This document shows positions 34,515-43,360 of a stretch of 64,000 nucleotides of DNA, one piece after another; positions within the stretch are counted from its first letter, which is position 1, and each line of letters opens with the position of its first letter. A model generated the notes under the pieces. The model was not told where the DNA came from. It worked only from the letters and a program-made list of their open reading frames with translations, and did not search any database. Both the position numbers and the translations under genes were made by a program. The stretch is from an uncultured Candidatus Saccharibacteria bacterium. GTDB taxonomy: Bacteria > Patescibacteriota > Saccharimonadia > UBA4664 > CAZOQX01. The stretch lies in NCBI GenBank assembly GCA_964582465.1, contig CAZOQX010000001.1, forward strand, positions 89,214-153,213. The letters are read 5' to 3'.

Positions 34515-36421
34515 TGGCAAAAATTATTGGAATTGATCTAGGTACAACTAACTCGGCCATGGCGGCGATGGAAGGTGGTCAGCCGACTATCATTCCGAAC
34601 GCCGAGGGCGGCCGCACCACGCCTAGTGTGGTAGCGATCGGTAAGAACGCTGAACGTCTAGTGGGGCAGTTAGCCAAGCGCCAGGCCATCATTAATAGTG
34701 AGAACACGATTTTCTCAATTAAGCGTTTGATCGGCCGCCGGTTTGAAGACGAAGAAGTCCAGCGCGATATTAAGCTGATGCCCTACAAGATCGAAAAGGC
34801 GGGTGAGAGTGTGAAAGTCAAAATGGGCGATAAGTCCTACACCGCCGAAGAGGTTTCGGCCATGATCTTGGGTAAGCTCAAGGCCGATGCCGAGGCTTAC
34901 CTGGGCCAGCCTGTGACCGAGGCGGTAATTACTGTACCGGCTTACTTCAACGATGCGCAGCGCCAGGCCACTAAGGACGCCGGTAAAATCGCCGGGCTTG
35001 ATGTCAAGCGCATTATTAATGAGCCAACCGCCGCCGCCCTAGCCTATGGGCTCGATAAAAAGAAGGAAGAAAAGATTGCCGTCTATGACCTCGGTGGCGG
35101 TACCTTTGACGTCTCGATTTTGGAATTAGGTGAAGGAGTGTTTGAGGTCAAAAGCACCAATGGTGATACTCATCTGGGTGGTGACGACTTTGACCTTGCA
35201 GTGATGAACTTCCTGGTGGATGAGTATAAGAAGGAGCAGGGAATCGATTTGGCCAAGGACAAGGCAGCCCTGCAGCGCTTGAAGGAAGCAGCCGAGAAGG
35301 CCAAGATTGAACTGTCCTCGACTAACGAGACCGAGATAAATTTGCCGTTCATTACGGCTGACGCTTCGGGCCCCAAACACTTTAGCTACACTTTGAGCCG
35401 GGCCAAGCTCGAAACGTTGGTGGGAGACTTAATTGAAAAAACTACTAAGCCCTGCCAGGACGCGCTAAAAGATGCCGGGCTGAAAGCGAGCGATGTCAAT
35501 GAGATCATTCTAGTTGGTGGTATGACCCGCATGCCGGCCGTGCAAGCGAAGGTCAAAGCGATTTTTGGCCGCGAACCACTCAAGGGCGTGAATCCTGATG
35601 AGGTCGTGGCCGTCGGCGCCGCCATCCAAGCCGGCGTGCTCGGCGGTGAGGTTAAAGACATCCTCCTGCTGGATGTCACTCCTCTGTCCCTTGGCATCGA
35701 AACTATGGGTGGCGTAAACACCAAGCTAATTGAGCGCAATACCACTGTGCCAACCTCCAAGAGCCAAATTTTCTCAACTGCGGCCGATAGCCAGACCTCG
35801 GTTGAAGTGCATGTGCTCCAGGGTGAGCGCGAGTTTGCGAGTGACAACAAGAGCTTAGGTCGCTTCATTCTGGATGGTATTCCGCCCGCTCCGCGCGGTG
35901 TGCCGCAAATTGAGGTCACCTTCGACATTGATGCAAATGGCATCTTGAACGTTAAGGCCGCGGACAAGGCCACCGGTAAGGAGCAGCACATTACGATTCA
36001 GGGTAGCGGTAACTTGAGCGAGGATGAAATCAAGAAAGCTCAGGCCGAGGCCGAGACCAACGCTGAAGAGGACAAAAAGAAGAAAGATTTGGTGGAGGCG
36101 CGCAATCAGCTCGATACGCTCATTTACACGGGCGAAAAGACTTTGAAAGATGCCGGCGACAAAGTTAGCGCCGAAGTCAAGAAAGAAGTCGAGGACGCCC
36201 TGGCCGAGGCTCGTAGCAAGAAAGATTCCGATAATACCGAAGAGCTAAAACAAGCCGCCGAGTCTTTGAGTAGCAAATTGCAACAGGTCGGTGCGGCCAT
36301 GTACAGTCAGGGCGATCAAGCTGCTCCGGCTGAGGGGGGGAGTGAAGCGCCAAAAACTGATGAGCCGGTTGAGGGCGAGGTGGTGGACGAACCAACATCC
36401 GAGACTGACGAGGAGAAATAG
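34514..36421 (+). CDS. dnaK: Chaperone DnaK (Hsp70)
   Basis: [29 protein letters not shown] signatures. 635 aa. Confidence 0.97.
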   Translation: MAKIIGIDLGTTNSAMAAMEGGQPTIIPNAEGGRTTPSVVAIGKNAERLVGQLAKRQAIINSENTIFSIKRLIGRRFEDEEVQRDIKLMPYKIEKAGESVKVKMGDKSYTAEEVSAMILGKLKADAEAYLGQPVTEAVITVPAYFNDAQRQATKDAGKIAGLDVKRIINEPTAAALAYGLDKKKEEKIAVYDLGGGTFDVSILELGEGVFEVKSTNGDTHLGGDDFDLAVMNFLVDEYKKEQGIDLAKDKAALQRLKEAAEKAKIELSSTNETEINLPFITADASGPKHFSYTLSRAKLETLVGDLIEKTTKPCQDALKDAGLKASDVNEIILVGGMTRMPAVQAKVKAIFGREPLKGVNPDEVVAVGAAIQAGVLGGEVKDILLLDVTPLSLGIETMGGVNTKLIERNTTVPTSKSQIFSTAADSQTSVEVHVLQGEREFASDNKSLGRFILDGIPPAPRGVPQIEVTFDIDANGILNVKAADKATGKEQHITIQGSGNLSEDEIKKAQAEAETNAEEDKKKKDLVEARNQLDTLIYTGEKTLKDAGDKVSAEVKKEVEDALAEARSKKDSDNTEELKQAAESLSSKLQQVGAAMYSQGDQAAPAEGGSEAPKTDEPVEGEVVDEPTSETDEEK

Positions 36422-36423
36422 AC

Positions 36424-36753
36424 TTGGCCAGGCAATACGCCTTGCTGGTTTTGACCTGCGCCGACAAAGCTGAGGCTAGCAAAATCACCTCAGCTTTGCT
36501 CGACGCCCGACTCATTGCCTGTGCCAAAGTGGCGCCGGTTGACTCCATTTTTTGGTGGAAGGGTGAACAGGAGCAGGCGAGCGAAGTTCTGCTTATAATG
36601 GAAAGCGCCGAAGATCTTTTTACCCAAGTCGAGCTCGTAGTGAAATCGCTCCATAGTTACGATACCTTTGTGCTCGAGGCCATTCCCCTCTCGCGCCTGT
36701 CGTCTGGGGCGGCCGACTGGCTGAAGGATAATCTTAAAACCGAGAGTGACTGA
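36424..36753 (+). CDS. cutA: Divalent-cation tolerance protein CutA-like
   Basis: 109 aa. CutA1 pattern: [14 protein letters not shown]...LIACAKV...[17 protein letters not shown]. Inserted between dnaK and dnaJ. Confidence 0.65.
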   Translation: MARQYALLVLTCADKAEASKITSALLDARLIACAKVAPVDSIFWWKGEQEQASEVLLIMESAEDLFTQVELVVKSLHSYDTFVLEAIPLSRLSSGAADWLKDNLKTESD

Positions 36754-37829
36754 TGCCCAAAGATTACTATCAAATTCTAGGCGTCGCGAAAACGGCGTCG
36801 GCGGAAGAGATTAAAAAGGCTTACCGCAAGCTCGCGCTGGAACACCATCCCGATCGTGGCAACGGCGACGACAAAAGATTCAAAGAGATTAACGAAGCCT
36901 ACGAAGTGCTAAAGGACCCGCAAAAACGGGCGCAGTATGATCAATTTGGCTCAGTCGGCCCGAATCCGTTTGGCGGCGGTACTCAAGGCTTTGGCGGCCA
37001 GGGATTTGATTTTGATTTTTCGCAATTCGGTGGTTTCGGCGACATTTTTGACATGTTTACCGGGGGCGCCGGGCAGCGCACCAGAGCGCCACGGGGCCGC
37101 GATATTGAAGTTGCACTCACGCTCGACTTTAAAGAGGCTGTCTTTGGCGCCGACAAGCGCCTTGATTTAACTCTGGAAGATCAATGCGATCGTTGCCATG
37201 GCGCGGGCGCAGAACCCGGCACTAAACTCAAAGAATGCCCGACTTGCAAGGGCAGTGGGCAAGTGACCAAAATCCAAAATACCATTTTGGGCAGTCTGCG
37301 CCAGACGGCGGGGTGCAGTACTTGCCGCGGTCGTGGCCAGGTGCCTGAGCAGCCGTGCACGCAGTGTCAGGGCAAGGGTACGCTGCGCCAATCCAAGACT
37401 GTGAGTATTAAGATCCCGGCCGGCGTGGACCACGGTACGGTCGTGCGTCTCGGCGGTCAGGGTGAGGCCGTGAGTGGTGGGCCGCACGGTGATTTGTATG
37501 TGCACATCGAAGTGAAGCCGCATCGGCAGTTTAAGCGTGAGGGGGGAAATATCTTGAGCGAGACGGCAGTTTCTATGCCAGAGGCGGCGCTTGGCGTAGA
37601 AATTAAAGTGCCAACACTTGAGCGCGAAGTCACACTCAAAGTTCCAGCCGGCACCCAGAGCGGGCAGGTTTTTAAACTCGCCGGCTACGGCGTGCCCACG
37701 GGTAACCGCCGTGGTGATCAATTAGTAAAAGTTCGTGTCGAGACGCCTACCAAGCTTTCGCCGGAGCAAAAAGAATTATTACAAAAACTGGCCGCAACCA
37801 CCGACCGCAAGCATTTTTGGCAAAAGTAG
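36753..37829 (+). CDS. dnaJ: Chaperone DnaJ
   Basis: J domain with HPD (DYYQILGV...HHPDR). G/F region. Four CxxCxGxG zinc-finger repeats. Confidence 0.95.
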   Translation: MPKDYYQILGVAKTASAEEIKKAYRKLALEHHPDRGNGDDKRFKEINEAYEVLKDPQKRAQYDQFGSVGPNPFGGGTQGFGGQGFDFDFSQFGGFGDIFDMFTGGAGQRTRAPRGRDIEVALTLDFKEAVFGADKRLDLTLEDQCDRCHGAGAEPGTKLKECPTCKGSGQVTKIQNTILGSLRQTAGCSTCRGRGQVPEQPCTQCQGKGTLRQSKTVSIKIPAGVDHGTVVRLGGQGEAVSGGPHGDLYVHIEVKPHRQFKREGGNILSETAVSMPEAALGVEIKVPTLEREVTLKVPAGTQSGQVFKLAGYGVPTGNRRGDQLVKVRVETPTKLSPEQKELLQKLAATTDRKHFWQK

Positions 37830-37845
37830 CTGGTACAATCAAAGC

Positions 37846-38334
37846 ATGGAAGGACACGGAGAAGAACCACAGGATTCAACTGAGCATCCTGATTTAGCCG
37901 ATATTCGCCACGAGTATGGCTACATGGAAGAGGAGCTGGAGGCTTCGGCAAGGGAGACTAAGTTAGCTGCTGCGGCTGAAATAGTCGAGTCGCTTAAGGA
38001 TCTGCCCGAAGAGCTTGGTTTTGCTGAGGGACCGAGTTTGGACGCTCTTAGAGCAAGGGTTGTGGAGATAGGTCGGGTAGGCGGGGAAGTGGCCAAACTA
38101 GCCGAAGCCTATCGCATTCAGGCTGAGATTGAAGTGGGCAAGCTAGTCGGTGATGCTTACCTGCGGGCTCAAATTGGTTTTGCCGTCAGGATGGCACTAA
38201 TTTGGCAAGCGGCCGGGGAATTGGACCTCTTTGCCGAAGACTTAAGTGATGCCTATTTTTATGCTTATAACGCTAGGCTCGATGAGGTGGCCGTGCTGTT
38301 AGAGCAGGCCATTCAGCTTTATAACGAGGCCTAA
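37846..38334 (+). CDS. Acidic hypothetical protein (162 aa)
   Basis: ATG at 37846 after the dnaJ stop. The upstream ORF-track start overlaps dnaJ and is unlikely. Highly acidic, helical. Confidence 0.45.
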   Translation: MEGHGEEPQDSTEHPDLADIRHEYGYMEEELEASARETKLAAAAEIVESLKDLPEELGFAEGPSLDALRARVVEIGRVGGEVAKLAEAYRIQAEIEVGKLVGDAYLRAQIGFAVRMALIWQAAGELDLFAEDLSDAYFYAYNARLDEVAVLLEQAIQLYNEA

Positions 38335-38405
38335 AGTTTGCAAAAATCAGATCACAAGTGTAACTTTTAAGCACGAACATTGAAATGTGATCAAGGGGGC
38401 TTGCA

Positions 38406-38440
38406 GGGCCAAACGAGTATCGTTCGGCCCGGTTTTCGTT
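38406..38440 (+). terminator. Intrinsic terminator
   Basis: GGGCCAAACGA-GTA-TCGTTCGGCCC stem (one mismatch), followed by GGTTTTCGTTT. Confidence 0.6.
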
Positions 38441-38471
38441 TGGCTTTGCAAGCGCTTGACTGGAGGCTACC

Positions 38472-38645
38472 GTGGCACTAAGTAGCACTTTGTATGTACG
38501 GCTGCCAGACGATCTGTACAACAGACTCAAGTCCCACTGCGACAAGGATGATCGGTCTCTGGCCAGCGCCACACGCAGGGCCGTGAGGGAGTATCTCGAC
38601 CGACATGAGGAGAGGGAGGAACGACGAGATGGCCAAGCGGTATGA
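38472..38645 (+). CDS. Ribbon-helix-helix (CopG/ParD-like) antitoxin-like small protein (57 aa); not in the ORF track
   Basis: GGAGG RBS, 5-nt spacer, GTG start. Translation VALSSTLYVRLPDDLYNRLKSHCDKDDRSLASATRRAVREYLDRHEEREERRDGQAV. High-GC. Overlaps the next gene by 17 nt. Confidence 0.6.
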   Translation: MALSSTLYVRLPDDLYNRLKSHCDKDDRSLASATRRAVREYLDRHEEREERRDGQAV

Positions 38646-38880
38646 CGAAGAGATCGCCGTGGAGGTCGCCACCACCGGGGGTATCCCTGCTTCGTTCAAA
38701 TGGCGGGGGCGGACCTACCAAGTGGTCGATGTAATCGGCCGCTGGCGGATCGAAGGCAGGTGGTGGGATGATGGTCGCGATCGCGAGTACTGGCGGGTGG
38801 AAGCCCGCGGCGGGGCGGTCTGGGATCTCTACCTCGACCGTACCACCAATGTTTGGACGCTCGAGCGGCTCTGGGACTAG
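38629..38880 (+). CDS. Hypothetical Trp/Arg-rich protein (83 aa), second gene of the high-GC cassette
   Basis: ATG inside the 3' end of the RHH gene. MAKRYDEEIAVEVATTGGIPASFKWRGRTYQVVDVIGRWRIEGRWWDD... No known toxin fold recognised. Confidence 0.5.
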   Translation: MAKRYDEEIAVEVATTGGIPASFKWRGRTYQVVDVIGRWRIEGRWWDDGRDREYWRVEARGGAVWDLYLDRTTNVWTLERLWD

Positions 38881-38890
38881 GGAGGTTCGA

Positions 38891-39649
38891 ATGGAACGCT
38901 ACTACATCGACGTACCCAGTTTCGTCTTCCACGGCTGGTCGCGCTGGCAGCCCGATTGGAAGCACTGGGCGGCCGGCTTCAACGTCCGCATGGGAGCCGA
39001 CATCGATGTCTTCGCCGGTGCCGCGGTACAAGAAGAGTCCGAGCGGGGCTTCCACTTCAGCGACTCCATTTCTCACCGCGTGCGCTTCCTGGATGTGCCG
39101 TGGAAACATCACGGTGAGTCGGCGCCGGTGACTTACCTCGATCACCAGATCTGGCTCACGCTGGACAGCCTCATTCGTGAGCACGGTTTGGACGAGGCCA
39201 TCCGGGTCTACCTCGCCAGCGGCGAGGGACAGCTTCCTGAGCTGGTCGGCGCCCCATCGCGCTGGGGCGGGCGGACGCTCCGCGTACCGGTGGATTTCAT
39301 CAGGATCTCCCGGATCGTTTCGTCGTGGCAGCACAGGTACGAATCCGTCGTCGCCACCATCGAGGTCGGCCACCATTTGGTGCTCTGGGAGGTCGAGGTC
39401 ATGCCCGCGGGTCAGCGGCCGACTCCCAAACCTGGTCTGGCGCCGGACGGACCAATCCGCGGTGGTCTACGCGACCTGATCGAGCGGCTCTACCTCAAGG
39501 ATCCGGCGGCCGTCCAGGCTATCGCCGAGCGGCACGAGTACGGCGGCAGAGACCCACGAGATCGCACGTTCACATACGCAGCTCCCGGGGTCGATCCCAA
39601 GAGCACGCCGCCGGCGCTCGAGTTCCTCCAGCCGGTCGCGGCGGGATAG
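38891..39649 (+). CDS. Hypothetical protein (252 aa), third gene of the high-GC cassette
   Basis: GGAGG RBS 5 nt before the ATG, 10 nt after the previous stop. High-GC codon usage. No recognisable domain. Confidence 0.55.
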   Translation: MERYYIDVPSFVFHGWSRWQPDWKHWAAGFNVRMGADIDVFAGAAVQEESERGFHFSDSISHRVRFLDVPWKHHGESAPVTYLDHQIWLTLDSLIREHGLDEAIRVYLASGEGQLPELVGAPSRWGGRTLRVPVDFIRISRIVSSWQHRYESVVATIEVGHHLVLWEVEVMPAGQRPTPKPGLAPDGPIRGGLRDLIERLYLKDPAAVQAIAERHEYGGRDPRDRTFTYAAPGVDPKSTPPALEFLQPVAAG

Positions 39650-39760
39650 GCGCTGGACATGTTCTACCGGGGTGGGTGGCTTTACGCTGCCCGCCCCGGA
39701 TTCGTTATTATCGACTTCAAGACGCAAGGGTTGTAAAATAATGGTATAAGCATTAGCACA

Positions 39761-40252
39761 ATGGTAATCGACCCCAGCATCATCATAATCGGTTTAATCT
39801 GCCTCATCGCCACCTACGGACTGCTGCTCGGTCCGGAGAGAGTGCGGACACTGGCGATCAGCGCCTACGTCGGGATTGTAATGGCCAGTGAGCTTTCGAG
39901 TTTTGTAATCAAGGCTCTCAGCGAACGCGTGCACGGCTCGGCTCAAATTTATCTCAAACTGGGCTTGCTTGTTCTGCCAATTATTCTGCTGGAGCTTGGT
40001 CATCATATTAAGGGGCACCATCGCACCCATTTTAAGCACGGCTTGATTGCAACGTTAGCGCTTTCGGTCCTAACCGCGCTACTACTGGTATCGAGCGGGA
40101 TGAAATTACTGCCGCCCAAGCAGTTGCACGCCGCGCTCGATAGCTCATTTCTGACGATTTGGATTTATAATTGGCGGCTGCTCTGGATCGGCTTGGTGCC
40201 GCTGGCTGTAATTGCAGAAGCTTTCATTCGACCTAAAGAGTCACATCACTAA
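39761..40252 (+). CDS. Hypothetical integral membrane protein (163 aa)
   Basis: 4-5 TM helices. Native-like GC. Confidence 0.5.
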   Translation: MVIDPSIIIIGLICLIATYGLLLGPERVRTLAISAYVGIVMASELSSFVIKALSERVHGSAQIYLKLGLLVLPIILLELGHHIKGHHRTHFKHGLIATLALSVLTALLLVSSGMKLLPPKQLHAALDSSFLTIWIYNWRLLWIGLVPLAVIAEAFIRPKESHH

Positions 40253-40283
40253 GCTACACGGCAAATCGCTTAAAACAAAAACA

Positions 40284-40307
40284 GGGCCGCTTGGGCCCCA
40301 TTTTTTG
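40284..40307. terminator. Bidirectional intrinsic terminator between convergent genes
   Basis: GGGCC-GCTTG-GGCCC hairpin flanked by an A-run upstream and TTTTTTG downstream. Confidence 0.5.
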
Positions 40308-40316
40308 CTTCCGAAT

Positions 40317-40652
40317 TTACATACCAGGCATGGGCAGGAATTCGAGCACCTCAATCGAGGCGCCAGGGCGCTTCAAGTGAGGGTGGCTCTTCACCGCTTC
40401 CTCGACGTCACCCTTGTCACCCTCGAGTATGGAATAGCCTGATACGGCCGAGGAGCTCGTGCCGGCACCCTCAGGAGTGATGTGGCTGACACCTTGGAGC
40501 GGCATGCCAAAGTCGACCTTGACCGACTTCTCGGTCTCAGTCTTCCACTGCATCCATTCATCCATGCTCGCCTTCATTTCGGCTTCACTCGCCTGAGCCA
40601 TGAGGTCGCTAGCTGAGGCATCAGAGTTATACAAAACCATGTATTTTGCCAC
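40317..40652 (-). CDS. Hypothetical small alpha+beta protein (111 aa; YciI/Dabb-like fold is a guess)
   Basis: ORF with plausible size and composition. No firm motif. Confidence 0.45.
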   Translation of the reverse strand: MAKYMVLYNSDASASDLMAQASEAEMKASMDEWMQWKTETEKSVKVDFGMPLQGVSHITPEGAGTSSSAVSGYSILEGDKGDVEEAVKSHPHLKRPGASIEVLEFLPMPGM

Positions 40653-40693
40653 TTTTGCATCCTTTGTTATTAATTAATGATAACATTTCCTAA

Positions 40694-41035
40694 TCAGGAA
40701 TTGATAGCCTTAACTCGGCTAAGGACTATCTTTCGAATGAGCATTTCTGGCAGTGGCCGCTCTAGCGTGAATTGGATGGTGCCTTTGGATAGCTGGTAAT
40801 CTACCAGCTGGTCTTTAAACATTTCAACTGGCTGCGAAGTCGGGAAGAGGCTCAGGTGGTCGCGGAAGGCGGCATAGCCCAGTAAATACTTGCCCCGGTA
40901 TTTGAACCCTGGCATGCCATAGCTAATCACTTCCTCAGTTTCTGGAGCAGTTTTTTTGACGATGGAGCGAATTCGCTCCAGTTCGGCTTTTTTTACGGGA
41001 TCAATTTTACTCAAATAATCGTCGATGGCTGACAT
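40694..41035 (-). CDS. DUF1801 (YdhG-like) domain protein
   Basis: 113 aa with the YGMPGFKYRGKYLLGYAAFRDH core typical of DUF1801. Confidence 0.55.
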   Translation of the reverse strand: MSAIDDYLSKIDPVKKAELERIRSIVKKTAPETEEVISYGMPGFKYRGKYLLGYAAFRDHLSLFPTSQPVEMFKDQLVDYQLSKGTIQFTLERPLPEMLIRKIVLSRVKAINS

Positions 41036-41080
41036 AGTTTAACGGTATAGTAAGATTGTAACTATTTTCAAGGAGGTTTT

Positions 41081-41413
41081 ATGGCAGAGAGTATAAAAAT
41101 ACTGGTGTATCCAGCTAAGGACTTAAATGCAAGCAAGACATTCTTTAATACGTTTTTAGGCACCGAGCCCTACGCCGATGCGCCTTATTACGTTGGCTAT
41201 AAGACGGATGGGCTAGAGGTTGGCTTGGACCCGAATGGTGAGGCGGTGATTGCCTATATTGAAGTGGAAGACATCAAAGCAAGTCTGCAAACTTACCTGA
41301 GTGCGGGTGCTAGCCTGCACCAAGATGTCAAAGACGTTGGCGGCGGCCTGCTAATTGCTCAGGTTAAAGATGCCAACGGTAATGTTCTTGGCCTAAGACA
41401 ACAGCCTAAGTAA
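41081..41413 (+). CDS. Glyoxalase/bleomycin-resistance (VOC) family protein
   Basis: 110 aa. Beta-alpha-beta-beta-beta module pattern. GGAGG RBS. Confidence 0.6.
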   Translation: MAESIKILVYPAKDLNASKTFFNTFLGTEPYADAPYYVGYKTDGLEVGLDPNGEAVIAYIEVEDIKASLQTYLSAGASLHQDVKDVGGGLLIAQVKDANGNVLGLRQQPK

Positions 41414-41414
41414 T

Positions 41415-41490
41415 CTGGAGGGCCATCCGGGATTCGAACCCGGGACACGAGGCTTAAAAGGCCCCTGCTCTGCCAACTGAGCTAATGGCC
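41415..41490 (-). tRNA. tRNA-Lys (anticodon UUU)
   Basis: Reverse complement folds as GGGCCAT-TA-GCTC-AGTTGGCA-GAGC-A-GGGGC-CTTTTAA-GCCTC-GTGTC-CCGGG-TTCGAAT-CCCGG-ATGGCCC-T-CCA. Confidence 0.85.
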
Positions 41491-41624
41491 CGCGAAGGGC
41501 ACTCCATATCCTATTATATATTGCTAAAGGCTTCAATGCTGGTATTAAACTGCTTGTGCTTGGACATAGGCAAGACTATTATGAAAGCACAAGCACCTTG
41601 TTGGAAGAATCAGGAGGCGCGGAG

Positions 41625-41972
41625 ATGGCCGAAACGGTCCAATTCGAACAGCCGTGCCCGGGTTGCTCTGGCACGTTGATCCTGGGAGCGGGTAGCGAGA
41701 TCTACCTGTTTCGCGATGGTCCCCAGTTCAACTACATCTTCTCGCCTCCCTGCGACGACTGCAGCCGGCGCGTCATGGTCTTCGGGGCGGCTGACTGGAT
41801 CGTTCAGCTGATGGGAGTGGGCATCGAGCCCAAGTGGGAGGACACCGCGGGGCGCTGGGTCCAGGCCGAATGCTTCGAGGCCACCTTCGCTGCCCAGCTC
41901 AGCCAGGTCGAGCTCAGCCCGCTCCTGTTGGAGCATCAGTACTGGGGAGGATCACCGAGCGTCGTTACCTGA
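41625..41972 (+). CDS. Hypothetical CxxC...CxxC zinc-ribbon-like small protein (115 aa) in a high-GC island
   Basis: AGGAGG and GGAG RBS before the ATG. CPGC and CDDC pairs. GC-rich codons. Confidence 0.5.
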   Translation: MAETVQFEQPCPGCSGTLILGAGSEIYLFRDGPQFNYIFSPPCDDCSRRVMVFGAADWIVQLMGVGIEPKWEDTAGRWVQAECFEATFAAQLSQVELSPLLLEHQYWGGSPSVVT

Positions 41973-42186
41973 TCAACAGGGTTGCTAGCGTCACCGCGAC
42001 AAGTGGTGGCGCTTCGCCCCGAGTCTTGAAGGAAACTTAAAGATTTAGGGCGAAAGGATTAAATAATCCGCCTTTTATAGTTAGTTTCGGTCGGGATGCC
42101 GTAGATATCGTGCGCAAGTGTTTCTATACTTGGCCAGTACAGTTCCCGAGTCTCACCCTAGCGGGTGGGAGAAAGGAGGCGGACGC

Positions 42187-42573
42187 ATGGGCGACCGCAA
42201 CGCGCAGGGACTCGAGCAGCTCATCCGGCACCCGAAGGTGCTGCAGTGGGCGCGCGACGAGGTGGGAGTCGACTCGCTGTTCATCGAGCCGAGGACCTTC
42301 GGTCAGCCCACCGGGGCGACCACCAAGGGCAGCTCGAGCGGCACGGTCTCCGATCCGGAGACGTCCTACATGCTGAAGGGCGGGATGGGTGGCCAGGAGA
42401 TCTGCATCGGGGGCATCCTCGACCTGGTCACGGCCGTCTCCAGCTTCCGGGACGCGATCGGGTACACCGGGCAGATCGGCCAGCTGACCTACCAGCAGCT
42501 GCTGCAGCAGGTCGAGGTGGCCCAGGAGGAGGGGGCCAGATCGACCTCCGGCGCCCACTCCACTCGCCGCTAG
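42187..42573 (+). CDS. Hypothetical protein (128 aa) in a high-GC island
   Basis: AGGAGG RBS 7 nt before the ATG. GC-rich. No recognised family. Confidence 0.45.
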   Translation: MGDRNAQGLEQLIRHPKVLQWARDEVGVDSLFIEPRTFGQPTGATTKGSSSGTVSDPETSYMLKGGMGGQEICIGGILDLVTAVSSFRDAIGYTGQIGQLTYQQLLQQVEVAQEEGARSTSGAHSTRR

Positions 42574-42594
42574 CTCTGCGCACAACTCGGGACA

Positions 42595-42630
42595 GGGCCT
42601 CTCCGCAAGGAGGGGCCCTCCTCGTTTTTT
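42595..42630 (+). terminator. Strong intrinsic terminator
   Basis: GGGCCTCTCC-GCAA-GGAGGGGCCC 10-bp stem followed by TCCTCGTTTTTT. Confidence 0.8.
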
Positions 42631-42655
42631 GAAATCTTGGGGTCTTCATCTACTA

Positions 42656-42723
42656 TTGACAAAATTAAGCGTTAGTGGTATTATTCAAACCTAGTTGACA
42701 GTTTATGAGGTTTTCCTCATAAT
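42656..42723 (+). promoter_or_regulatory. Two tandem consensus-like promoters with a palindromic operator: TTGACA-N17-TATTAT and TTGACA-N17-CATAAT; palindrome ATGAGGTTTTCCTCAT in the second spacer
   Basis: P1 has -35 at 42656..42661 and -10 at 42679..42684. P2 has -35 at 42695..42700 and -10 at 42718..42723. Inverted repeat at 42705..42720. A third TTGACA at 42738. Confidence 0.5.
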
Positions 42724-42842
42724 TTTTGAATTGTTAATTGACATCTCCGGCTTGGGAGCCTTGCTGCCTACTTGTTAGGCGGCAGCGCTCCCAGGCTGGA
42801 ACCATTCTGGTGACAGCCGCGTACAGAAAGGAGGTCTCCGCT

Positions 42843-43019
42843 GTGAGGCCGATCTTCTTCGCGATCCCGACCATGGGGCCGCCGGGCGACCACGCCCACA
42901 CGGCGCCCAAGAGCGCGAGCTTCCAGAAGATGATGCACATCGACGTCGACGTGGCCGGCCGCGACCGCGGATCCGGGATCGAGATCGCCGGCGGCGCCGG
43001 GGCCCTCGAGACGGGCTGA
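42843..43019 (+). CDS. Small peptide gene (58 aa), high-GC
   Basis: AAGGAGG RBS, 8-nt spacer, GTG start. (V)RPIFFAIPTMGPPGDHAHTAPKSASFQKMMHIDVDVAGRDRGSGIEIAGGAGALETG. Alternative internal ATG (MGPPGD...). Confidence 0.4.
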   Translation: MRPIFFAIPTMGPPGDHAHTAPKSASFQKMMHIDVDVAGRDRGSGIEIAGGAGALETG

Positions 43020-43252
43020 CCTCATCGTGAGGTCGCTCTCGGGTGCGAGCCCGAGGGACCCCGGCAACGCGTCCACCGCTGTGCGCAATCGACGCGCGCA
43101 GCCTGACAGGAAGGAGAGGTCGAGCCAATGCGGTTCCACTTCCTCATAGGCTAGGCGACTAGGGCGCCGGCCGGGAGAAAACCGGCTAAGGCGCTATAGC
43201 AGCTCCTTTCCATGCAGGGCGTCATCACCCTCCCAGCAGGAGGACCTGTGCG

Positions 43253-43276
43253 GGGGGACCGCTTCGGCGGTCCCCC
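43253..43276 (+). other. Perfect 10-bp hairpin with TTCG tetraloop (GGGGGACCGC-TTCG-GCGGTCCCCC) in a structured non-coding region
   Basis: Read directly from the sequence. No T-tract follows. Part of a ~320-nt GC-rich non-coding stretch (43020..43340) with several hairpins. Confidence 0.6.
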
Positions 43277-43293
43277 TCGCGGGGCAACACGAA

Positions 43294-43328
43294 GCCACGT
43301 TCAATTCGAACGTGGCTTTTCGCTTTTG
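43294..43328 (+). terminator. Intrinsic terminator
   Basis: GCCACGTTC-AATTC-GAACGTGGC then TTTTCGCTTTTG. Confidence 0.8.
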
Positions 43329-43360
43329 AGAGGACGTGTTAAGATTTTTAGAAAATTGAT

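Noticed and set aside
41485-41679. 64-aa ORF overlapping tRNA-Lys and the island boundary
   Set aside because: It overlaps a confidently folded tRNA on the opposite strand. The composition is junk-like.
38696-43139. Arg/Pro/Gly-rich ORFs in the high-GC islands (38696..39376 -, 39325..39741 +, 42124..42585 -, 42165..42632 +, 42428..42649 -, 42768..43139 -, 42775..43128 -)
   Set aside because: These are typical alternative-frame or antisense artefacts of roughly 65 % GC DNA. They overlap better-supported genes with RBSs, or lie in the structured non-coding region.
43020-43340. Tried to identify the structured GC-rich non-coding region as SRP RNA, tmRNA, RNase P RNA or 6S RNA
   Set aside because: Could not find the conserved motifs by eye: SRP domain IV GGAAGCAGCCAAGGCAGA-like; tmRNA tag ORF and tRNA-like 3' end; RNase P AGGAAAGUCC. 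Left as an unclassified structured 3' region. Needs an Infernal scan.
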